Origin: Verrucomicrobiota bacterium
Lineage (GTDB): Bacteria; Verrucomicrobiota; Verrucomicrobiia; Limisphaerales; UBA1100
Length of the DNA: 63,025 nucleotides
Assembly: GCA_030747505.1 (NCBI GenBank)
Contig: JASLKQ010000005.1
Coordinates: 1 to 63,025, forward strand
Reading direction: 5' to 3'
Part shown: piece by piece, positions 30,011-37,880 of the stretch
Position numbering within the stretch: position 1 is the first letter of the stretch
Layout: every line of letters begins with the position of its first letter
Notes under the pieces: model-generated
What the model saw: only the letters and a program-made list of their open reading frames with translations
Told to the model about the DNA's origin: nothing
Databases searched by the model: none
Position numbers and translations under genes: made by a program

Positions 30011-30024
30011 GATATGATTTTATT

Positions 30025-32013
30025 TTATTTTTCCGGAACTGGAATGTCCCTCATTCCGCGGCGAATCGCCTCATGTAAATCAAGATCCAGCTCAACTTCA
30101 TGATTTTGCGCAGCCACCACAAATTTTCTTGCTTGTTCCACAGCCCTTACAAAAGTGGTCAGGTAGAGCCACACCGGATAGGTGTTGGGGGCCTGGGTAA
30201 AAGGTTCCCTCGCCCCTAATTGGCTTTCTGCACTGGCCTTGGCTTGCATTCTTAATAAATCCGATGCCACCGTTGCCCCATACTGAATGAGTTCGACCTC
30301 AGTGTCCTGTTCGGCCGCCAACCTTAATTTTTTCTGTTCGGCATTGAACTTGGTAATCTCACTCACCGACCCCGCTGTGACAGGCCCCTCAAAGGCTGCG
30401 GCCACAGGCATCGGATTTAATCCAGTGTCTTCTTCTCCGGGTGCCGACGGCCCTCTTTCCACAACCATGTCTGGCGATTCTGCTGGTGGACGCAAATCCG
30501 CCACTCCAACAAACAGGATTTCCACCCCTAGTTTGTCGGAGGCCTGTTGGATATTATTCCTTAAGGTCTCTTGGGCAGATTTACGCCCCTTGATAAGCAG
30601 CTGCTCAAAATCGTGGGCGAGAAAATAATGCACAACTTCGCGGGTCGCAATATTACGAAGCAGCTGCTCCGGATCTGAAAACCGCAACCAGCCATTCTCC
30701 AATCCATTGACTCCCTTTTCTTCCCCTCCACGGATACGATATTGAACAGGAACGCTGGCCACCATCAGGTTGGCTCCAACTGTTTCATCACCACTACCGG
30801 TAAGGAAGAAGAGTTCACCGGTGTTCTTTTTTGAATCATAATCCTTACCGGTGGGCTCCAACCACAACCCAGGCCTGTCCGTCTGACCGAGTTTTTTCAA
30901 TTCATCCTCACCGAGCGGCTCTAGTCCAACATGAAATGTGTGGACCTGATCCGGATAGAACCGTTCTACCGAAGCGAAGGGCCAGGGCAATTTAAGATGA
31001 ATACCGGGTTTCAAAAGATCTGATCGCTTCTGCGCCCCATCCACCAGTTTCCCCCGCACTGACGGCTCAATCACGACTATACTCGTCGAAAGCCACAAGA
31101 GAATCACTTGCAGGCCGATAATTACCCCCAACCGTTCGCGTAAAAACTGATAACCCCATGTTTCAGAGACCCTGAAACCAAACTGATAATCCAGTATCTG
31201 TCCAGCGGTGGTAAAGAGATTTTCAGGCTTGGCTATCAAACCAATCAGACGACTTTGATACAACAGACGCGACTGCCTCCCCGTCACCCGCGGGCGATAT
31301 ATCTCAAAAATCATACTCAACAGATTTTCCACGCCGACCACCCCTAGAAGGATTGTTAATCCTGTTCCCACATATACATCAACACTCGCTTCCTTGAATG
31401 CCACTGACACCACTGCCGCCAAAACGAAGTTCAGATAAGCTCCAAACAGAACATAATCCGAAGCCGGCTGCAAAAAACGCTGCTTTTCAATTCGGGCAAG
31501 ATTAGAGGCAAACTGCCCACGCAGGAAAAAGATCAATCCCATCAGTGCCGCACCAAAAAGAGCTATATATTTGCCCTCTATCATCCAGCTATCAATTGTC
31601 TGAAACGCAGTAGGCACCCGCTTAGTCATGATGTAATAAACGCCATATGCCTGGAGGAAAAACATAAGGACAGCAACAAACGGCATGCCCAATTTTTCAA
31701 ACTGTTCGCGAGAGCGTTTTGCCGGAAGCACTTCCCCTTCATCGAACAGTGCGTCGCTGGTGGCCCCCTGTCGGATTTCGTCCAACTCGAGAGCCTCCAT
31801 CTGCTCACGTTCACGCAATTGCATGTGCAACAGGCTAACCAATGCCACCACTAGGCCCAGAATCATGAATGCTGCTATCGCATAGGCGGTAATGGAACTG
31901 GTGACCCAGGCCAAAGCAACCGAACCCCCAACCCCCACAACACCCATGAGGAGGATGTTCCATAACCCTCCCATCTTATTTATCTTATCAATTTTTTCAG
32001 CTGCCATCGCCAC
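30025..32013 (-). CDS. Multi-TM membrane protein with a C-terminal SPFH (HflK-like) domain
   Basis: About 7-8 N-terminal TMs, then PGIHLKLPWPF, VPVQYRI, LGVEILFVG and HflK-like C-terminus. Start at 32013 or 32007. Confidence 0.8.
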   Translation of the reverse strand: MAMAAEKIDKINKMGGLWNILLMGVVGVGGSVALAWVTSSITAYAIAAFMILGLVVALVSLLHMQLREREQMEALELDEIRQGATSDALFDEGEVLPAKRSREQFEKLGMPFVAVLMFFLQAYGVYYIMTKRVPTAFQTIDSWMIEGKYIALFGAALMGLIFFLRGQFASNLARIEKQRFLQPASDYVLFGAYLNFVLAAVVSVAFKEASVDVYVGTGLTILLGVVGVENLLSMIFEIYRPRVTGRQSRLLYQSRLIGLIAKPENLFTTAGQILDYQFGFRVSETWGYQFLRERLGVIIGLQVILLWLSTSIVVIEPSVRGKLVDGAQKRSDLLKPGIHLKLPWPFASVERFYPDQVHTFHVGLEPLGEDELKKLGQTDRPGLWLEPTGKDYDSKKNTGELFFLTGSGDETVGANLMVASVPVQYRIRGGEEKGVNGLENGWLRFSDPEQLLRNIATREVVHYFLAHDFEQLLIKGRKSAQETLRNNIQQASDKLGVEILFVGVADLRPPAESPDMVVERGPSAPGEEDTGLNPMPVAAAFEGPVTAGSVSEITKFNAEQKKLRLAAEQDTEVELIQYGATVASDLLRMQAKASAESQLGAREPFTQAPNTYPVWLYLTTFVRAVEQARKFVVAAQNHEVELDLDLHEAIRRGMRDIPVPEK

Positions 32014-33787
32014 TTAATTCCCGGTTCTCAAACATCCAGATTGCCACGGATAAAGCCAACACCACATAAAGCATCATATAGAGGCCGGCTGTGCCAAGAT
32101 ACTGCACTGGCACCACCCCTTGATTATATTTTGTTTTAAAACGTGTCTCACCTAACTCCTCCGATTGGGGATTCATGGAATCGGAGAGCCAGAAAAGCTG
32201 CCAGTTGGGGACCAAAACGTAAAGAATTTTTGCCCAACCCGAGCCATCAGTAATCGAAATTTCACGTTCGGTTGAAGAATCCCACTTCCTCAGGCTACCT
32301 TTGTCATGTTCCACCCAGAATGCCAGATGCCCAGGCACCACGTCGGTCCGCTCCTGATCATATAATCTGTGAAATTCCCGCAAATCACTCTTTTTGTCTT
32401 CCATACGCTCCAAATCGGCCTCCCGTTTATCGATCGCATCAGCTATCTGCGGCAGCAAAGATAATTCAACTGAATCTCCGGGAAACTCATCAGGAATCAA
32501 CCGGCGCCCCACCCGAATCATCTCCTGTTGAATCGGCACGTTCCATCGGTGCTTTAGATCTCTATCCAAAAGGCTTTTCAGCCGATCATAGTCAATCTGC
32601 ACAGCATTGGTTTGCACACTGCCAATAACAACAACTGGCATCTCGTTAACCTGTTCATGATAGTAGACAACTTGACCAATGCGATTGGTATATGATCGTT
32701 CCAGCAATCCAGCCCCCAACTGGTTCAAGTCAGGTTTTTTCCCGCCCGTATCAACCTCAACAGTGTATTGCATGTTCGACAGCCTAGGAATTCCTCGCGG
32801 CTGAATATGGAAAGCCACATGTCGATCTGATTGGTTTCCTGGAGGATTCCAAATCATATATTCGCCCGGGCGCAAAAGCCCCCCTCCCTGCGCTGATTCG
32901 CCCAGAAGATAATCGGACATTAGGCCTAGAAGAAAAACCCCCGAACAGATCATCATCGTTGGCATCCACCCCATCCGGGTGGAACACATCAAGGCAATTG
33001 CTGCCAATATGAAAAGAGCAAATAAAATTAACATTGCCAGCCGAATCAAAGACCAATCCACGTCATCAGCAAAATCTGCCTTCTCTTCGGTCGGGATTGG
33101 GTTCCCATCCGCATCAATTCCCGCTCCATCAGTAAAAACCCAAATGTCAGAAAACTCAGCGCTAATCTGAGCTCCACTATCCACCAACCACCACGCACGT
33201 TGCTTGTCCTGCGAACAGACCGTCAAAAACCCCAATGTCATTGCCACCGCCAGCATTCCCATGGCCCATGGCACAAAAGGCTTATGCAAAAAATAATTCA
33301 TCAACCCGGCCCCAAGAAATGCCAATACCACGAAGATCCCAAAAGTCACCACCCCAACAATATCAGGGTTTCCGTAGGCATCGTAAGCCTGACGACTAGC
33401 CAACAACAGTACTATTACATTGAGGTAAGTCCCGACTGTTAACCCAGCAATGATTCCAAGATATTTCCCTATGATAAAATGCATCCGCCCCACGGGCTTG
33501 GATAACACGGCTAGTGCAGTGCCGGTTGAAACTTCACGCGACAGGGATGAGGAAGCGCAAATAACTGCAGCGAAGAGACCAGAAATAAACATCACAGACA
33601 GCGCTCCATCCTTAACCATCTTGATATCGAAATTTACCGGCCCCATGTCAGTCCCCCCAAATCCGAAGTAGGGCACAGCTGCCAACACGATCATAACCAA
33701 CGGTGAAACAGTATATAGGAGAAGGAAAACCGGTTGCCGAACCAGTTCCATAAACGCGTTAAGAGCAATGATTGGGATTTGTCTCAT
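31997..33787 (-). CDS. ABC-2-type permease (PilI/XapB-like) with inserted domains
   Basis: IALNAFMELVRQP, REVSTGTALAVLSKPVGRMHFIIGKYLG, LVPNWQLF and FENREL motifs. Confidence 0.82.
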   Translation of the reverse strand: MRQIPIIALNAFMELVRQPVFLLLYTVSPLVMIVLAAVPYFGFGGTDMGPVNFDIKMVKDGALSVMFISGLFAAVICASSSLSREVSTGTALAVLSKPVGRMHFIIGKYLGIIAGLTVGTYLNVIVLLLASRQAYDAYGNPDIVGVVTFGIFVVLAFLGAGLMNYFLHKPFVPWAMGMLAVAMTLGFLTVCSQDKQRAWWLVDSGAQISAEFSDIWVFTDGAGIDADGNPIPTEEKADFADDVDWSLIRLAMLILFALFILAAIALMCSTRMGWMPTMMICSGVFLLGLMSDYLLGESAQGGGLLRPGEYMIWNPPGNQSDRHVAFHIQPRGIPRLSNMQYTVEVDTGGKKPDLNQLGAGLLERSYTNRIGQVVYYHEQVNEMPVVVIGSVQTNAVQIDYDRLKSLLDRDLKHRWNVPIQQEMIRVGRRLIPDEFPGDSVELSLLPQIADAIDKREADLERMEDKKSDLREFHRLYDQERTDVVPGHLAFWVEHDKGSLRKWDSSTEREISITDGSGWAKILYVLVPNWQLFWLSDSMNPQSEELGETRFKTKYNQGVVPVQYLGTAGLYMMLYVVLALSVAIWMFENRELSGDGS

Positions 33788-33816
33788 CGATCCTCTTCCA
33801 ACAGGGGGGGGCGCGA

Positions 33817-33844
33817 ATCATACGCGAAACCAACTTCAAGGCAA
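33817..33844 (-). promoter_or_regulatory. sigma70-like promoter of the permease-SPFH-ATPase operon
   Basis: TTGCCT-N16-TATGAT, followed by a GAGG RBS before ATG 33787. Confidence 0.5.
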
Positions 33845-33878
33845 TCCGAAATCCAACGAACACTCTATGGGTTGATTC

Positions 33879-33906
33879 TCGACATTCAACCGTCATCTCG
33901 TATAGT
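33879..33906 (+). promoter_or_regulatory. Divergent sigma70-like promoter of the kinase gene
   Basis: TCGACA-N16-TATAGT, followed by an AGGGAGG RBS before ATG 33952. Confidence 0.45.
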
Positions 33907-33951
33907 ATTCCTGTTTGTGCCGTGGGTTCTGCGGTGCATAAGGGAGGCATT

Positions 33952-36432
33952 ATGGCAGCACCGGTGGTTCAATTAATCGCCAGAAATGGTGAAAACATCC
34001 TTGCTCGTTTTGATCTGGTTCCGGGAGATTATCCCCTCGGCCGGGATTCCGCGTGTTCGATAACTATCAATAGCCCCGATGTGTCGCGCAAGCATGCACT
34101 GCTTTCCGTATCTGACGAAGACTGCACAGTGGAGGATATTGGCGGACGATACGGCACCTTCATTGAAAACCGACAGATTGCCGGCAAAGTTCGTCTTGAA
34201 CCCGGCCAATCGTTTATCCTCGGTCGCACCACTATTGAACTGTCCCCTATCACGTCAGACCCAACTGAATCAACAGCTCCAAACGATAAGCCCGAACGTT
34301 ATGAAATTTCCCGCCAACTGGCTAAAGGAGGCATGGGCGAAGTTTATCTCGCTTTGGATCGAGAGCTCCAAAGACATGTTGCCCTTAAGGTAATGACCCC
34401 GGAAGTCGCAGAAAACGTAAGCCTCGCAAACCGATTTACTCAGGAAGCCCTAGTTCTAGGGAGGCTGGACCATCCGCATATTGTCCCGATTCATGATTTA
34501 GGAACCGACAATCAAGGACGAAACTATTACGCCATGAAATTTGTTCGAGGCACCACTCTCAAAGAGGTGTTGCATGGTCTCCGACAGGGTCAATCTTCGA
34601 TTGTAGAACGATACCCATTATCTCGGTTGCTCGATATTTTTGGAAAAATTTGCGATGCAGTTGCTTATGCCCACTCCAAGGACATCATTCATCGCGATCT
34701 TAAACCGGCAAATATCATGATCGGTGAATTTGGTGAAGTTATGGTGATGGACTGGGGCATAGCCAAAATCCTCCACCAACCTGAAAATACACCAATCTCA
34801 ACTCAACTTCCGAACTCTGGAGAAGGCACCCAATACGGAACCATCATGGGGACCCCCAGTTTTATGGCCCCGGAACAAGCCAAAGGATGTTTGGACCTCA
34901 TCAATCAGAAGACTGACATATACTCACTAGGCGCAATTCTATACAACATCCTTACACTAAAACCACCTATCACTGGCAGCAGCACTGATGTAGAGGTAAT
35001 GGAACGCATTAAGTCTGGAGATATTACTCCTCCAATTACTTACAATGATAATGCAAGCAACCTCACTGTACTGCTCCATTGCCCAGACCATCAGGTGCCA
35101 GAAGCTCTTTCAGCTGTAGCAATGCAGGCTCTTTCTAAGGAACAATCCAGACGCTATTCTGATGTCCACTCCCTGCAGCGTGATATAGCCGCCTTTACTG
35201 CAGGGTATGCACCAAAAGCCGAAAAAGCCGGGTTATTCCGGCAGATGCACCTTTCAATACAAAGACACGCTGCCTTGGCCTCCGCCTGCTGCGTCATCCT
35301 TATCCTCATCCTTACCTTCGCCACCCACGCCTACTGGAGTGAATATCAACAGAGTAAAGCGATTTCTCGGTATCAGGCAGTTGCCCCCAAAAGCCATGAG
35401 ATAGCAGGACAACTAATGGCCCGCGGGCTCTTTACAGAAGCACTATCATCAGCAGAATTGGCTACTCAACTTTCCCCCAATAAAGCCCCCTACTGGCAGC
35501 GTCTTGCCCGAGTGCAACTGGCATTGCATCGCCCCTCAGCCACGCTGTCCTCTATAGAAGAGGTACATAAATTAGATGGACCCAACAAGTATACAAAGCA
35601 AGCGGGAAAAATTTCCCAGCAGCTTGTTGAACGGCATGGATCAGGGCAACTACCCTTGCATGCTTTGGGTACAATTTTCCACTGGCAGCACCGTCGAGGG
35701 ATGTCAATGGACGCACGTTTCACACTTGCCCGCATCGAATCGGAGAAGACAAACGTTTGGAACGCTGCCCAGTCAGCCATACGAAAGATGGGACTTTCTG
35801 GCCGTGTACAACGTGATCAACACGGATACTTAAAGATTAACCTGGCAAACACCAAAACCAAAAACCTCTCGGACTTTTCTCGTTTGCCGGTATATTCGCT
35901 TAATCTATGGCAAACCCAAGTTAAAGACCTTCAATCACTGAAGCAGATGCCACTTCGTCAGCTTTCCTTGGCATATACCTCAGTATCGGATTTAAGCCAT
36001 TTGAAAGGAAAACCCTTGCAATCACTGACCATCGCCTATGCCCCAGTAGAAAGCCTAACACCATTACAGGGAGCTCCATTAATGCACCTGCACCTAAGCA
36101 GCACAAAAGTTCATGATCTTTCCCCCCTAACAAAAATGCCTTTGAAGACGCTGCATTTGGACCGCACTCCGATAACCAACCTTAAACCAATAGCTAGCTT
36201 GCCAATTAGAGAGCTGAGACTCGATGGTTGCAAACAGCTTCACGACCTCTCCCCTCTCGCCCAGTGCACGAAACTGGAAGTACTCACTCTGCCCCGCAAA
36301 CACGGAAATATTAATTTTTTACGCAACCTCCCCAAACTAAAAAAACTATCGTATCGTTACGATGCGGACCCTGCTAAAATCGAAACGGTTTCACAATTCT
36401 GGCGAACGAGAAATTTAGCCTCTCGAAACTAG
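33952..36432 (+). CDS. FHA - Hanks Ser/Thr kinase - TM - TPR - LRR protein
   Basis: FHA (LGR...VSRKHA); GGMGEVY, VALK, HRDLKPAN, DWG and GTPSFMAPE kinase motifs; hydrophobic helix; about 21-22-aa LRRs (PLRQLSLAYTSVSDLSHL). RBS supports ATG 33952. Confidence 0.92.
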   Translation: MAAPVVQLIARNGENILARFDLVPGDYPLGRDSACSITINSPDVSRKHALLSVSDEDCTVEDIGGRYGTFIENRQIAGKVRLEPGQSFILGRTTIELSPITSDPTESTAPNDKPERYEISRQLAKGGMGEVYLALDRELQRHVALKVMTPEVAENVSLANRFTQEALVLGRLDHPHIVPIHDLGTDNQGRNYYAMKFVRGTTLKEVLHGLRQGQSSIVERYPLSRLLDIFGKICDAVAYAHSKDIIHRDLKPANIMIGEFGEVMVMDWGIAKILHQPENTPISTQLPNSGEGTQYGTIMGTPSFMAPEQAKGCLDLINQKTDIYSLGAILYNILTLKPPITGSSTDVEVMERIKSGDITPPITYNDNASNLTVLLHCPDHQVPEALSAVAMQALSKEQSRRYSDVHSLQRDIAAFTAGYAPKAEKAGLFRQMHLSIQRHAALASACCVILILILTFATHAYWSEYQQSKAISRYQAVAPKSHEIAGQLMARGLFTEALSSAELATQLSPNKAPYWQRLARVQLALHRPSATLSSIEEVHKLDGPNKYTKQAGKISQQLVERHGSGQLPLHALGTIFHWQHRRGMSMDARFTLARIESEKTNVWNAAQSAIRKMGLSGRVQRDQHGYLKINLANTKTKNLSDFSRLPVYSLNLWQTQVKDLQSLKQMPLRQLSLAYTSVSDLSHLKGKPLQSLTIAYAPVESLTPLQGAPLMHLHLSSTKVHDLSPLTKMPLKTLHLDRTPITNLKPIASLPIRELRLDGCKQLHDLSPLAQCTKLEVLTLPRKHGNINFLRNLPKLKKLSYRYDADPAKIETVSQFWRTRNLASRN

Positions 36433-37880
36433 GGAGCCAATGGCTTGAATTCCTTAACCCGTTTTTCCACTAGTTCAATCTGAGCTTTACTCAGTTTTGA
36501 AGCCTGTTCATCGGCTGATTTGGCGGCACCTTTTACCTTTCCTTCCTGAGCCAAACGAAACCATTTCAAAGCCTCAACGGGGTGAGTATTAACAATGAAC
36601 TGACCGTAAGCAAACTGAGACTCAGGATCCCCATATTCTGCGCCGACCAGATGAATACGTACTTTTTTCTTCTCTGGCCGTCTCCATTCTCTCGATCGTT
36701 TTAGTCCCTGCAGTATCTCGTCAGACTTGAGCCCGCTAGCAATAATTTTCTGAAGAACCAGTAGTTTTTCCTGCTGCTCTTCAGAAGTAACACCGCGCCG
36801 GGCAATAAGCATCCAATAATAGGCTTCCTGTAGGTTCTTCGCCACCCCATCGCCCTGCCTGCTCGCAACCGCAAAATCAACCTGAGCCCCACTGTGGCCC
36901 AATTCAGCCGCCAACTTCCAGTACGCAGCCCCTCGTTGAACATTCTTTTCTGTCCCATAACCCATCATAAACATCCCCCCCAAACGATGAGCTGCCGCTT
37001 CAAAACCTTGACGTGAAGCGGCATCCAACCACTTAATCGCCTCCGAAAAATCCACCTCGACCCCTTTACCAAACTCATAACGTTGAGCCAGTTCCCACTG
37101 AGCCTCCAATTCATTCTTCTTAGCTCGGTTAATTAAGGCATCAATGTTCGTTCCAATTTTAGGAGGGTTTTCCCTTAATCTTTCCAGCAAAACTTTAGCC
37201 TGTTTGGCACCTTCTGGATGACGTTGTTGCGAAGCCTTTTTCAACCAGGTCAAACCAATCTTAATATCCTGACGACATCCAGTCCCTTGAATTTTCATTA
37301 ATCCATACTGTATTTGCGCCTCTGCGTATCCGGCCTTGGCCGCTTTCTCAAACCAGAAGCCTGCAGTAGTAGGATTACGTTCCACTCCTCTCCCCATGAG
37401 ATAGGCTGCGCCTAAATCTGACTGAGCCTTAACGGAACCTGCCTTGGCGGCTTCTTCAAACAATTTGGAGGCCTGTTCCAAATCCTTTTGCACTCCTATT
37501 CCTCGCGCAAAAAGTATTCCGAGTTTACCCTTCGCATCTGGATCATTATTATTGGCCAATAGTTCCAAGCCTGCTTTTGCTTTCTGGAAAAGCTGCAAAC
37601 CCTGTGGCTGCAGTTTCTCTCCATTAAGTCCCATATACATAATGGAAGCCAATCGGTATTGTGCCTTGGCATTTCCTTGATCAGCCGCCTTACGCGCCCA
37701 CTGACTTGCCTTTGCGTAATCCTGATCTACTCCCTGAGCCTCGGCATACATTTCTGCCAGTTGGTATTGTGCGTCTGCATCCCCTTTTTCGGCCTTCTTA
37801 CGTAATGAATTAAAATCCGCCTTGGCAAAACCACCAGACAGACAGAGAAAACAAAAAAGAATGACCCCTGTTAACCTCAC
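36429..37880 (-). CDS. Secreted Sel1-like repeat protein
   Basis: Signal peptide; repeated AQYQLAEMY..G.GV..D...A..W..KAA.QG units. Confidence 0.9.
   Translation of the reverse strand: MRLTGVILFCFLCLSGGFAKADFNSLRKKAEKGDADAQYQLAEMYAEAQGVDQDYAKASQWARKAADQGNAKAQYRLASIMYMGLNGEKLQPQGLQLFQKAKAGLELLANNNDPDAKGKLGILFARGIGVQKDLEQASKLFEEAAKAGSVKAQSDLGAAYLMGRGVERNPTTAGFWFEKAAKAGYAEAQIQYGLMKIQGTGCRQDIKIGLTWLKKASQQRHPEGAKQAKVLLERLRENPPKIGTNIDALINRAKKNELEAQWELAQRYEFGKGVEVDFSEAIKWLDAASRQGFEAAAHRLGGMFMMGYGTEKNVQRGAAYWKLAAELGHSGAQVDFAVASRQGDGVAKNLQEAYYWMLIARRGVTSEEQQEKLLVLQKIIASGLKSDEILQGLKRSREWRRPEKKKVRIHLVGAEYGDPESQFAYGQFIVNTHPVEALKWFRLAQEGKVKGAAKSADEQASKLSKAQIELVEKRVKEFKPLAP

Noticed and set aside
33772-33951. 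Extended N-terminus of the kinase (likewise the upstream extensions of lysC, hom, oppA, lgt and the SurA-like gene)
   Set aside because: The extensions overlap neighbouring genes or promoter elements; internal starts fit RBS/promoter position and family N-termini.
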